Below, piece after piece: positions 9,526-19,133 of a stretch of DNA of 64,000 bases; position 1 is the first letter of the stretch, and each line of letters opens with the position of its first letter. The DNA lies in IMG/VR virus record IMGVR_UViG_3300033076_000726, positions 55,240 to 119,239 of that record. One strand, 5' to 3'. Origin of the DNA: a virus (lineage: Duplodnaviria > Heunggongvirae > Uroviricota > Caudoviricetes). A program made the position numbers and the translations under genes. Under the pieces are notes generated by a model. That model was not told where the DNA came from, did not search any database, and saw nothing but the letters and a program-made list of their open reading frames with translations.

Positions 9526-10646
9526 TATCTATTATTTACTATTTTAATTATTGATTCAATATCTTCATCCGTTAAACCTAAATGTAACGGTAAAGTTAAT
9601 TCATGTTTATCGTACCATTCTGCATTTACCAATCCACCCACTTTCTTAAATTCTCTAAATGGTTCATATTTGTCATTTCTTTTATAGTGCATACCACAGT
9701 AAACACCATTGTTTTTTAACAAATCATAAACCTCATCTCTGTCTTCAAAAAATAAAGGTAAAAAGTGTGACGAAGAAACTCTATCCGATTTATATTCAGG
9801 TAACAAAGCACCTTCGACACTATCTAAATAATATTGTGCAATTCTTCTACGACGCGTATTATTTTGATTGATTGTTTCTAAACCAATAATACCCATTGTA
9901 GATGCGATATCTGTTAAATGATACTTGTACCCAACTTCCTCAACTTCATAATCCCAATTGTATGTTGGTTTTTCAGTATTCAAATTACTTCTTGAAACAG
10001 TATCTTTATTGATACCTAACCATCTTAATTTATTTAAACGAGTATATAATTCTTCGTTGTTTGTTGAAATTGCACCACCATCCCCAACTGGTAAGTTTTT
10101 CACAGCTTGAAAACTCCAAACACAAATGTTATCAGTATCACCAATCATTTTACCATTGTACATTCCGCCAAATGCGTGTGCACAATCTTCAATAACAGGA
10201 ATACCATAACGATTGGCAATTTCATTGATACGAATCATATCACAACTATATCCACCGATATGAACAACGATAATCGCTTTAATTTCGTTATCTTCTTGTA
10301 ATGCTTGTTCAATAGAATCGGCACAAATATTACCGGTCATTTTTTCAACATCACAAAATACTGGAATATGACCTTCATACATAATTGCATGGTTTGTACT
10401 AACAAACGTATTTGATGTTGTAATGATTTTAGATTTAGGTGGTAAGTTTAAACACTTAACTGCTAAATGTAAACCAGCAGTTGCACTATTCAATGCAACA
10501 AAATACTTTGAACCGATATATTCGGATAATTTTGTTTCGAACTCCTTTGTTTTTGGACCCAATCCAATCCATCCTGAATTAAGAATTGGTCTTAATTCAT
10601 TTAGAATTCTTTCGGTGTCAATCATTGGTTTGAATACTTGTATCAT
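9525..10646 (-). CDS. DegT/DnrJ/EryC1/StrS-family PLP-dependent sugar aminotransferase
   Basis: ATAGLHLA, IIVVHIGGYSCDM, EDCAHAFGG, and SFQAVKNLPVGDGGAI (PLP-lysine region). Confidence 0.85.
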   Translation of the reverse strand: MIQVFKPMIDTERILNELRPILNSGWIGLGPKTKEFETKLSEYIGSKYFVALNSATAGLHLAVKCLNLPPKSKIITTSNTFVSTNHAIMYEGHIPVFCDVEKMTGNICADSIEQALQEDNEIKAIIVVHIGGYSCDMIRINEIANRYGIPVIEDCAHAFGGMYNGKMIGDTDNICVWSFQAVKNLPVGDGGAISTNNEELYTRLNKLRWLGINKDTVSRSNLNTEKPTYNWDYEVEEVGYKYHLTDIASTMGIIGLETINQNNTRRRRIAQYYLDSVEGALLPEYKSDRVSSSHFLPLFFEDRDEVYDLLKNNGVYCGMHYKRNDKYEPFREFKKVGGLVNAEWYDKHELTLPLHLGLTDEDIESIIKIVNNR

Positions 10647-11218
10647 AAATTTAAAAATTGTTGCGGTGTTATAAGATTTAATATTTCTTTTCTATTTTCA
10701 TCTAATAATTTAAAATCTAACACATCTGATTTTGGAAATAAGGTTTGTTTACCTTTACTAATAATACCAACACCGTGGTCAGTATCGACAACACACATAT
10801 TTAAATTTTCGTCTGTCATTCTGAATTTAACATATGCCTTCCATGTTGTCCCATTCCAAGTAGTTCCAAGAACATATTCTTCCACTTGATGTTCTTCTTT
10901 AATTGGACTACAGTCATGCATCACAATTGTTCCTCCATCACTTAAATGTTTTAATGAGTTGGTGATATCTTTTTCTACCTGATAATCAAGATGTAAACCA
11001 TCAATGAAGATAATATCATATTTTACGTTTTCATCTAATTGCTCAAAGAAATCGTCAGATGTAATTGGATAGTTACAACGACCCGCTGGGTCAACACCAT
11101 CCTTATGTTCAATATCAATTAGATTTAAATTGGATTCAGGGTCTCTAACTCCAATTTCTAAATACCGTTTATAATTATTTTTCTTGATTAAGTGATTGAT
11201 AATGTCTGTTCTTTTCAT
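10643..11218 (-). CDS. class I SAM-dependent methyltransferase (Methyltransf_24/TylF-like)
   Basis: YLEIGVRDPESN and DIIFIDGLHLDYQVEKD...LSDGGTIVMHDC. Confidence 0.7.
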   Translation of the reverse strand: MKRTDIINHLIKKNNYKRYLEIGVRDPESNLNLIDIEHKDGVDPAGRCNYPITSDDFFEQLDENVKYDIIFIDGLHLDYQVEKDITNSLKHLSDGGTIVMHDCSPIKEEHQVEEYVLGTTWNGTTWKAYVKFRMTDENLNMCVVDTDHGVGIISKGKQTLFPKSDVLDFKLLDENRKEILNLITPQQFLNL

Positions 11219-11729
11219 TCTTTTTTGCTTTTAAAATTATATCTGAATGTCCTCCATCCAAAGAATATGTTAGTTCGATAATTGTGAAATCTTCCTCAAA
11301 GAAATTTTGAATTTCTGTTAGACTCATTCGTACTTCATCTCCATAATTGTAGATGTTTGGTGATGAGGTATGTCCCTTCTCACATTTATCCGAACACATA
11401 GATAAAAATAAGAAACCTCCGTCACATAGTAAATCGGTAATTTGTTTTTTATAAAGATTTGGTTCAGGACAAAATTGAAATGAACTTATGGATGTCACAA
11501 AATTATATATCCCAATATGTTCTTCGGGGATAATGCCAGGTTCAATAACCACATCCACACCTTCTCCATCATATATGTCAAAACCAATTGCGTGTGATAT
11601 AATATTTTTAGTTGAACCGTTTATATTATACGCACCCACATCTGCAATTTTTGATGAATCGATACTAATCCTGTTTGATTTATACCAATCCTCAAGACGA
11701 TATTTTACATTATCATGCATATTGTTCAA
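11175..11729 (-). CDS. putative SAM-dependent methyltransferase
   Basis: IADVGAYNINGS (GxGxG-like), GVDVVIE, LLCDGGFLFLS; weaker match. Confidence 0.45.
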   Translation of the reverse strand: MNNMHDNVKYRLEDWYKSNRISIDSSKIADVGAYNINGSTKNIISHAIGFDIYDGEGVDVVIEPGIIPEEHIGIYNFVTSISSFQFCPEPNLYKKQITDLLCDGGFLFLSMCSDKCEKGHTSSPNIYNYGDEVRMSLTEIQNFFEEDFTIIELTYSLDGGHSDIILKAKKNEKNRHYQSLNQEK

Positions 11730-12624
11730 TAAGTTTTATCAGTTTTTCGGTTATAACTTTTGTACTTAAACTGTTCAAAATAAAAGGTTGAATATCTTTA
11801 AGATATCTTCTTCTGTTGTGGATGTTGTTTAATATATTAAGTGCGTTTTTTAATGATTGTGGGTCATTGGCAATCGCATAATCTAAATTGAATTCTTTTG
11901 CTAATTCTTCATAACTTCTTGATGAGTTAACAATACATGGTACACCACAAGCAATTGACGCAATCATTTTATTGTTACTCTTTACACCAGCATCTGAACC
12001 TAAATGAGATAATGCACATACATTTGATTTTCTTAAATCATCTACAAACGTATCAAGTCCCCATTGTGTTTTCGTAATCGGCGGTTGAACGTTTATGTTT
12101 CTTGCATCAGTTATTAAATTTAATTCAAATCTTGTTTCAATAATGTGAGGAACCATCCATTGTATCGACTGAGCATTTGGATAATTACCAAACCAAGCAA
12201 TTTTATTGGATACCTCAGGAGTTTCTAATATATCAACAACACCATAATCCAAACAATCCTCAATAACAATACATTCTTTACCAGTACCCAAAGAATCGAA
12301 ATGTTCTTTTCTACCCAAAGTATCTGTTGTAACAATATCGATATGTTCCATCATCTCTCTGAAATGTGGATTATTGTGTACAGGGTCATCGAAGTCAAAT
12401 ATTTTGAATCCTTCAAATGCTTTAACATATGTAAGTGTTTGGTTATCAATTCTTTTTTGAATGATTAGTATATCTGAATTGATATCAAAACCAATATTAC
12501 TTTCATACTTGTTAGAATGGTATCTGTTAATCGATTGATTTGGATAGAACAAACGTATTCTTGTTGATGCAAAGTTTTTTACATCATCATACATTGGTAT
12601 CCATGAAATTTTCTTAGTTGACAT
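11713..12624 (-). CDS. putative GT-B glycosyltransferase
   Basis: C-terminal SNNKMIASIACGVPCIVNSS resembles the GT4 donor-binding segment. Confidence 0.45.
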   Translation of the reverse strand: MSTKKISWIPMYDDVKNFASTRIRLFYPNQSINRYHSNKYESNIGFDINSDILIIQKRIDNQTLTYVKAFEGFKIFDFDDPVHNNPHFREMMEHIDIVTTDTLGRKEHFDSLGTGKECIVIEDCLDYGVVDILETPEVSNKIAWFGNYPNAQSIQWMVPHIIETRFELNLITDARNINVQPPITKTQWGLDTFVDDLRKSNVCALSHLGSDAGVKSNNKMIASIACGVPCIVNSSRSYEELAKEFNLDYAIANDPQSLKNALNILNNIHNRRRYLKDIQPFILNSLSTKVITEKLIKLIEQYA

Positions 12625-13210
12625 ATTCCCAATTAAATCTTAATCTTGGTGTTGACTCAACACCTTTTCTTTTTATTACTTCTAAATTATGTGTACTGTC
12701 TCTAACACCTTCACTTGAACTTTCCTTAGCGTATACTTTCGCTTTAATGTGTCTTAACTCATGTACTTCTAATAATCTTACACATTTATTATAGAAATGT
12801 ATATCATCATAACCATAGTTACCACAGAAGTCTTCATCATACCCACCAATCTTTTCAAAGTCATCTTTATGGATTACATAGATGTTTACACTATTAGTAT
12901 CTTCTCTACCTAAGTAATAAACACAACCACGTTTTAATTCTGTCTTTTCTAATTGTTCCATATTTTCTTTAGTCACTAAGTGGTCAATGTCTGCACATAA
13001 TATCCACCCATCGCTAATATGAAATCCTAAATTTCTTGCACCTGGTTGATTCCATTTAATGTCATCAGTTACCCTAACAACCTTAACACCATCCAATGGT
13101 CCTAATGGTTCCTTAGAACAATCATCAACAATAACAGTTTTCAATCCTTGTTCTAAAATACCTTGTATTCTTTCTCTTTGTCCGAAATATGTGTATAATA
13201 CTGTAATCAT
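12614..13210 (-). CDS. glycosyltransferase family 2-like (small)
   Basis: TVIVDDCSKEP and NQPGARNLGFHISDGWILCADIDHL (DxD-like). Confidence 0.55.
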   Translation of the reverse strand: MITVLYTYFGQRERIQGILEQGLKTVIVDDCSKEPLGPLDGVKVVRVTDDIKWNQPGARNLGFHISDGWILCADIDHLVTKENMEQLEKTELKRGCVYYLGREDTNSVNIYVIHKDDFEKIGGYDEDFCGNYGYDDIHFYNKCVRLLEVHELRHIKAKVYAKESSSEGVRDSTHNLEVIKRKGVESTPRLRFNWEYVN

Positions 13211-13213
13211 AAA

Positions 13214-13912
13214 TTATCTTAAATGTTTTCCTTGGTCATCAAAATACTCATTACCACCACTATCCCCTTTAACGGCATATAAGTTTGCATAACCTTTTAA
13301 TCTTTTTCTTTTTAATTTCTTATCTAATTTCCATATACAATATGGAAAACTAATTTGGTCTCTTGAACTAAATCTACATATTTGTTCCCACCACATTAAC
13401 TGTAATTGTTTAATTACATCTGTGGTTTTTACTATGAATGTCGAAAGTTCGAACAACCCAAATAATTCTGGCATCCCTTTAGATTTGTAGAACGCGAATT
13501 GATTATCAATATTTTGTTGATAGTCCAATCTCCAATGAACACATGCACCCATCTCTTGATATAAACAAGTTCTATCAGGATGTTTAAATAAAAAGATATC
13601 GGTATCGGCACCATACTCATCTATAATCAATTGAGGGTCTTTTTTTAATTGGTGGTTACCATCTTCCCAAATAATATATTCATATTGAGGGAACATTATT
13701 GACGATAAAATTTTATATGGTTTGGCATTTCTTCTATCAGTAAGTCCATCAATGGATGAAAATTCTAATACACTTCTTTGTTCCCAAACTTTAACTGTCT
13801 CGTCTTTCTTATCCACATATGCAATATAATCACAATTGTCAAAAACCTGTGGTGGGTCTAACAATTTATCTTTTCCTCCGGTGATTGCGGTTAATACTAA
13901 GAATTTTTTCAT
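13214..13912 (-). CDS. putative glycosyltransferase (TOD1/DUF616-like)
   Basis: N-terminal FLVLTAITGGKDKLLDP resembles the DUF616 'IYTAIFGxYDxL' start; tentative. Confidence 0.35.
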   Translation of the reverse strand: MKKFLVLTAITGGKDKLLDPPQVFDNCDYIAYVDKKDETVKVWEQRSVLEFSSIDGLTDRRNAKPYKILSSIMFPQYEYIIWEDGNHQLKKDPQLIIDEYGADTDIFLFKHPDRTCLYQEMGACVHWRLDYQQNIDNQFAFYKSKGMPELFGLFELSTFIVKTTDVIKQLQLMWWEQICRFSSRDQISFPYCIWKLDKKLKRKRLKGYANLYAVKGDSGGNEYFDDQGKHLR

Positions 13913-14619
13913 ATTTTTTCGTTTCTACAAAGTACAAGTAATTTATCATTATCCCATCCTGGGGAATATCTATTTTTATGTTCGGTCACAATAAAAGTCA
14001 TTGAATGGAAATACGACTCTAACGGTTCAAAATTCTTTGCGAAATCGTCTTCATTGGTACTTCTAAAAATATCCTCAACAATTAAATAACCACCTGGTTT
14101 TATGTAACGATATGCGTGATATGCGAATAATGTGTTATGAGGTAAATCATGTATCATATCATCAATTATCACATCAAATCCACCACCAGTCGATTGTAAA
14201 CACTCTTCAATTGACTCGGATTTATTAACATCCATGAAATGATATGTAGTGTTTTCTAAATTATCACTAATTGCTTTATTCATGTATGTTTGGTCATATT
14301 CAAATCCATGTAACTCGGCATATGGGAAGTATTCCCTCCAACACTTCATTGACATATTTTCGGCAATACCGCCTTCAGCAAATTTAATTGGTTTGTATCG
14401 TAATGACATAAATAACATATCATATACCGCCATGTATGGATGTCTATGTCCATCATGAACAACATATGGAGATTTATCTGTTGGATATTTTACACCCAAC
14501 TTACATAAATCAGTAATTGAATCTGATGAATCGATTATTAGTTTATTTATTATCATATTGTTCCGTAATATTTGTTTTGTTTTTCTTGTCTTTGTATTGT
14601 TTTGTGATGTTGAATACAA
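13909..14619 (-). CDS. class I SAM-dependent methyltransferase
   Basis: GGGFDVIIDDMIHD...YIKPGGYLIVEDIF (Methyltransf_24-like). Confidence 0.6.
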   Translation of the reverse strand: MYSTSQNNTKTRKTKQILRNNMIINKLIIDSSDSITDLCKLGVKYPTDKSPYVVHDGHRHPYMAVYDMLFMSLRYKPIKFAEGGIAENMSMKCWREYFPYAELHGFEYDQTYMNKAISDNLENTTYHFMDVNKSESIEECLQSTGGGFDVIIDDMIHDLPHNTLFAYHAYRYIKPGGYLIVEDIFRSTNEDDFAKNFEPLESYFHSMTFIVTEHKNRYSPGWDNDKLLVLCRNEKI

Positions 14620-15173
14620 TATTCTTCGTCATCAGGTAAGGAGGCAAATTTACTACCGCCTATAATCCTTTCATGAACTTTACCATACCATCTAAGATGT
14701 TTCTTATAAATTCTACCTTGTCTATCGGGAAAATTTATCCAACCCTTTTCATTTATGTTCCATCTCCAAGTGTCGATATGTTCTTGTGTTATCCCATCTA
14801 CTGTGTTAATACGGGGTACAAAGATTAAGTCTACGTTTGGGTTCATTTCAAGAATGTTATGTAAATTCTCAACCATATATTGACTAATCATCTCATCTGC
14901 GTCAATTTGATAGATATAATCACCAGTACAATAACCGTTTAATATGTTTTTAAAATCGGCAAAATTATCATTCCAATCAAAACATCTCCAAGTTTGAACA
15001 TTTGGTAGTTTATTATACGGTAATAGAAAATTTAATACGTCAGGGTCTCCATTTGTGTTATCATATAGAATCACTATTTCGTCCTGAGGTCTCTTGTAAT
15101 CCAATAAAAACGGGACTAATCTCCTTATTTCCGTCAATTCGTTGCAAATTGTTATTGCGTAACTTATCTTCAT
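14553..15173 (-). CDS. glycosyltransferase family 2
   Basis: MKISYAITICNELTEIRRL...EIVILYDNTNGD, then QIDADE (DxD). Confidence 0.65.
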   Translation of the reverse strand: MKISYAITICNELTEIRRLVPFLLDYKRPQDEIVILYDNTNGDPDVLNFLLPYNKLPNVQTWRCFDWNDNFADFKNILNGYCTGDYIYQIDADEMISQYMVENLHNILEMNPNVDLIFVPRINTVDGITQEHIDTWRWNINEKGWINFPDRQGRIYKKHLRWYGKVHERIIGGSKFASLPDDEEYCIQHHKTIQRQEKQNKYYGTI

Positions 15174-15264
15174 ATTTTCGTTTATTTTCTTCTATCGTTA
15201 ATTCTTCACATCTCCAACACCACTCAGCGTCTTTAGAATCCCAACTGTGTCTTTCACATCTCAT
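15061..15264 (-). CDS. small Zn-ribbon-like protein (uncertain)
   Basis: Internal ATG gives MRCERHSW...AEWCWRCEE (C-x2-H...C-x2-C) with an ATGA overlap onto the upstream ORF stop; overlaps the GT2 start by ~110 nt. Confidence 0.3.
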   Translation of the reverse strand: MRCERHSWDSKDAEWCWRCEELTIEENKRKYEDKLRNNNLQRIDGNKEISPVFIGLQETSGRNSDSI

Positions 15265-15488
15265 GCTCTTTGTCCTCCTATGTCCATCCAACGATTAAAA
15301 TATTCTAAATTAGTATTTAAACGTTGTATTCTACCTTCAAATATTGATGGTACACCATCGTTTATTCTTCTGGTTAATTCATCAATAATATTATTATCAA
15401 TTTCTCTCGCAATTTGTTCGGATAACATATTCGTTAATTCCGTTTCAACATCAACAACAAAGCCACGAAAAAATTTAAAACTATTCAT
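15261..15488 (-). CDS. hypothetical protein, member of the 'SFKF(F/L)RG' N-terminal family
   Basis: MNSFKFFRGFVVDVETEL...; N-terminus similar to the next ORF. Confidence 0.5.
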   Translation of the reverse strand: MNSFKFFRGFVVDVETELTNMLSEQIAREIDNNIIDELTRRINDGVPSIFEGRIQRLNTNLEYFNRWMDIGGQRA

Positions 15489-15738
15489 TTATTCTTTCCC
15501 TCGCAAATATTTTAAATCTTCTACCATTATGTTCGAATGTTATGTTCCCACCGGTTGTTGGTTGTATTGTCATAGTTAATGTATCATGACCCGTACCAAA
15601 CACGTGAGGTTCATCGTCATCGAATTGAAAACAATATTCATTATTTGTGTGAGGTGTGTTTTGTCTTAAAGATAATACCTGCATTGGTTCCAATCTTAAA
15701 AATATATCTTCATCACCTCTTAAAAATTTAAAACTCAT
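15481..15738 (-). CDS. hypothetical protein, tandem paralog (FDDDEP motif)
   Basis: Internal Met MSFKFLRGDED creates an ATGA overlap with the upstream gene; FQFDDDEPHVFG and C-terminal GRRFKIFARER shared with 15735-15998. Confidence 0.5.
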   Translation of the reverse strand: MSFKFLRGDEDIFLRLEPMQVLSLRQNTPHTNNEYCFQFDDDEPHVFGTGHDTLTMTIQPTTGGNITFEHNGRRFKIFARERINE

Positions 15739-15998
15739 TTTTGTTTGGGTCTTGCCCACATTTTAAAAGTCTTACCATTTTCACTATTGGTAAAAGTTAT
15801 AAACGATTGGTTTGTGTTTTGTAATTTAATTACAACTTCATGATTGGTTGAATTATCGTCTGATTGTGCAAACAATTGAGGTTCATCATCGTCAAATTGA
15901 ATCATCCACTCACACGGAGTATAATATTCAATTTCAGGAACATTAAGGTCAAATTCAACCTCAGGAGTTTCAATTTTCTTTTTTCTTGACTTAGCCAT
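15735..15998 (-). CDS. hypothetical protein, tandem paralog (FDDDEP motif)
   Basis: IQFDDDEPQLFA and GKTFKMWARPK match the neighbour. Confidence 0.55.
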   Translation of the reverse strand: MAKSRKKKIETPEVEFDLNVPEIEYYTPCEWMIQFDDDEPQLFAQSDDNSTNHEVVIKLQNTNQSFITFTNSENGKTFKMWARPKQK

Positions 15999-16000
15999 CT

Positions 16001-17257
16001 CTACTTAATTTTATTTAATTTAGGTAAAACTAATTTAGTTTCTTGTGGAATAACCATAAACGGCAAGATTATTGATTTAAACTTATCTTTCATTTTTTCC
16101 ATTGAAAAATTATTAACATTCTCTTCTCTCAAAACTTCAGATTTTTTTATAAACATATCATAATCTTTCTTAACTAATTTTAATACCTCAACAACTTCAC
16201 CATAATTTGCAGTAAACCATTTGGAACCTTTTATTATAAATGAATCAATTGCACTATCGTGAACATCTGTCAATTTACCTCCAACCATAATTGCCTTATC
16301 CATAGGTAAAAAATCTTTATGTCCCGACCAGTTAGATGCAACTATTGGTTTACCCGTCATTGAAAACTCTAACAATGGTCTACCAAACCCTTCACCTTTT
16401 GTTATTGATACCATTGATTTAATTTTTGGGTGGTTATATAGGTCATTCATTTCACTATCTGATAATTCACCAAATAACAAATAAATGGAAGGTGGATTTG
16501 GTATATCACTAACTAATCCTTGAATTTTCTTTCTGAAAGATTCTCTTTCTTTTATTGAAAATCCTGCGGACGATGTTTTTAAAACTAATGCGGGTTTATC
16601 TTCACTATCCTTAAACGCACTTGCAAAACATTTAATCAACATACCCACATCTTTTCTGTCTTGTCCTAAATCACCTTTTAACCAATGACCAACAAAAAGA
16701 TACGCAAAATCTTCCAAAATATCTAATTTAAAGTCATCATTTTTAATGTTGTTATAAACATTAGTATTAACACCTTCAAACAATACTTCAATAGGTTTTT
16801 CGATTCTATGTTGTTTAACTAATTTTCCAGTATTCTTTTCATTTTCATTATAAACAGTTTGTAATAATACATCCTTAGAAAATGTTGATGTGGTGATTAT
16901 CATATCCATTCTATTACAACCATCAACCCAATCTTTTGGTGCAATTGTTGTTTCAATACCCGCAGTAATTCCTATGTTAAATTTACCAACTCTTTGAAAT
17001 TCATTTGGTACTGTGACTTGAATATAAAGTTCGGGTGTCTGATTTAAATTAACTGTTACAATGTTCGATTCAATCCATTTGTGAAATGTATTATCACTTT
17101 CCAATGCGGTCATTGGTGTGGTTCCCCACATACAACTATCAATTTTAATATCAAACAAATCCATCTCATACAATGCTTGTAATAAATCTCTTGAATGTGC
17201 ACCGTACCCACTTCTCGTTTTTACTGGTCCTCTAAATAATAATGTTGGTTTGTTCAT
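16001..17257 (-). CDS. GT-B glycosyltransferase (GT4-like)
   Basis: GEGFGRPLLEFSMTGKPIVASNWSG fits the GT4 E-x7-E segment. Confidence 0.75.
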   Translation of the reverse strand: MNKPTLLFRGPVKTRSGYGAHSRDLLQALYEMDLFDIKIDSCMWGTTPMTALESDNTFHKWIESNIVTVNLNQTPELYIQVTVPNEFQRVGKFNIGITAGIETTIAPKDWVDGCNRMDMIITTSTFSKDVLLQTVYNENEKNTGKLVKQHRIEKPIEVLFEGVNTNVYNNIKNDDFKLDILEDFAYLFVGHWLKGDLGQDRKDVGMLIKCFASAFKDSEDKPALVLKTSSAGFSIKERESFRKKIQGLVSDIPNPPSIYLLFGELSDSEMNDLYNHPKIKSMVSITKGEGFGRPLLEFSMTGKPIVASNWSGHKDFLPMDKAIMVGGKLTDVHDSAIDSFIIKGSKWFTANYGEVVEVLKLVKKDYDMFIKKSEVLREENVNNFSMEKMKDKFKSIILPFMVIPQETKLVLPKLNKIK

Positions 17258-18636
17258 ACTAACTTATATAAATTAAATTTTTCTCTTGGTTTATAATTCA
17301 TCAATGCGGTTTCAATTCCCTCAACCATTTTATCACACATCACTTTTGATGAGAAGTTCTCAATTGCAAATTCACGACCCTTTAATCCTCTTTCTTTTCT
17401 ACCCTCTTTACCCCATGAATAAACTTCACTAATTGCTTGTGCAACATCATAATCGTTTACTCTATCATCAAAAATATAAGGTGTTGGTACCGAACCATTT
17501 ATGTTATTTGCAACTGACCATACTGGTTTAACCCATTCACCATGTTTTGTTGACCCGTGGTCTTTTTTAATATGAAGTGAACCAAATGTAATGTAATTGT
17601 CTGCGGTGTAATTAAAACCACATTGGTCTTGTAAACCTCCTGTTACATTTACAATGATTGGTGTTCCGGCCATTAGACTTTCGACTGTGGTTAAACCGAA
17701 ACCTTCATTGTTTGCAATGTTTATTGTGCAATCAGATGCGTTATATAATTCATTTAATTTATCCTGTTCTAATTTAATGTTGGTAAATTTAACATCGTAG
17801 TCAGGACATAAAGTATCTTTAACTGCATTTAAATCTGTACCATTATCGTCAACTGGTGCGGTGTGCATTAACAATAGACATTTATCAGATTCTTCCTTCG
17901 GTAACATGTCACAAAACAATTTATATGAATATATCACATCACTTGGTTGTTTTCTTCTTATGTTTCTATTGTTGTAAAATAAAATGAATTCATATTTCTT
18001 TTTTGAAAACAAAAACTTATCGAATTCATCTGAAATTTTATCAATCGGTTTGAACACCTCAGGATTTATTCCGTGTGGAACATAACTAATCTGCCAATCT
18101 TCTAAAGGTTTATATGTTGGTTCATCAGTCATTTTACCAACTCTATGAACAATACCATATGTTTGTTTAGATATACAACCAATCCAATCACAACTTTCAT
18201 AGAAATCTCTATTATATTTTGGGTCTGGTAAGTTATCCCATATGTGATAATAAAGTATTGGACATACTTGTCTTATTTCATGTTCATTATCATATAACCA
18301 TTGCCAATAATGTGGGTCGGTGAAATGTAAAATAGCATCTGGTTTTTCTTCTAATAATAATTTTCTAAGAATACCAATATCACCATAACCATTATATGGA
18401 ATTATTTTTAAATTAGCATCCTCAACACCCGTTCTCTTTCTAACATCGTCATTTATATCAACAACTTTTCCAAATTCAGGATGTTTAATTGCCCCACCTA
18501 ATTGAACCCAGTCGTATTTGTCAATTGTACCCAATACGATTTCTTTAGACATGGTGGCAATACCTGACGTCATTCGCAAATCGTCAGATAATAATAATAT
18601 TTTTTTCTTCTTCATTAAATCAATACTTTGAACCAC
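17254..18636 (-). CDS. GT-B glycosyltransferase (GT4-like)
   Basis: NNEGFGLTTVESLMAGTPIIVNVTGG. Confidence 0.75.
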   Translation of the reverse strand: MVQSIDLMKKKKILLLSDDLRMTSGIATMSKEIVLGTIDKYDWVQLGGAIKHPEFGKVVDINDDVRKRTGVEDANLKIIPYNGYGDIGILRKLLLEEKPDAILHFTDPHYWQWLYDNEHEIRQVCPILYYHIWDNLPDPKYNRDFYESCDWIGCISKQTYGIVHRVGKMTDEPTYKPLEDWQISYVPHGINPEVFKPIDKISDEFDKFLFSKKKYEFILFYNNRNIRRKQPSDVIYSYKLFCDMLPKEESDKCLLLMHTAPVDDNGTDLNAVKDTLCPDYDVKFTNIKLEQDKLNELYNASDCTINIANNEGFGLTTVESLMAGTPIIVNVTGGLQDQCGFNYTADNYITFGSLHIKKDHGSTKHGEWVKPVWSVANNINGSVPTPYIFDDRVNDYDVAQAISEVYSWGKEGRKERGLKGREFAIENFSSKVMCDKMVEGIETALMNYKPREKFNLYKLV

Positions 18637-18817
18637 TCACAGCTAAACCAGTGTGATTATCTATCTTTTCTCTAAAAGATTCGTCTTTATTATACAAGTC
18701 TAATGACCTGTTAACTAATTTTTGTAAGTTAATTGTACCATCAATGGCATTAACCTTGAATTTCTTATAAACGTCGTCCAATATATGAACACTCGTTAGC
18801 TTCTTCTCTATTTTCAT
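18620..18817 (-). CDS. small hypothetical protein
   Basis: 65-aa ORF, first gene of the leftward block. Confidence 0.4.
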   Translation of the reverse strand: MKIEKKLTSVHILDDVYKKFKVNAIDGTINLQKLVNRSLDLYNKDESFREKIDNHTGLAVSGSKY

Positions 18818-19133
18818 TATATATGTTTATACATTTATATATACTAAGTATACAAAAAATATCGGACAAAATCTATATTTCTGCCCGATATTTTTTTATT
18901 ATTGGTTAGTATTATCTGTTGTAGTTTGCTCCTGAACAGGTGCTGGTTGTGTAGGTACCGGTGTTTGTTGTTCGGTAATTTTAATTGTTAAAGGTACTGG
19001 TTCTGTTGCTGTATCCTGATTTCTTTTTTTACATCCGCATCCCATAATGTTTCTTTTTTTATAAATATTTTGGTTTATTAGTTTTTATTTCTTATACTTT
19101 GATTAAATGTAAACAAAAAGAAAATAAAAATCA
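18818..19133. promoter_or_regulatory. divergent intergenic region between the leftward glycan block and the rightward block
   Basis: 316 bp AT-rich spacer where transcription diverges; no consensus located. Confidence 0.3.
18899..19045 (-). CDS. small Pro/Thr/Gln-rich peptide (below track cutoff)
   Basis: Own translation: MGCGCKKRNQDTATEPVPLTIKITEQQTPVPTQPAPVQEQTTTDNTNQ (48 aa) in otherwise non-coding DNA. Confidence 0.3.
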   Translation of the reverse strand: MGCGCKKRNQDTATEPVPLTIKITEQQTPVPTQPAPVQEQTTTDNTNQ

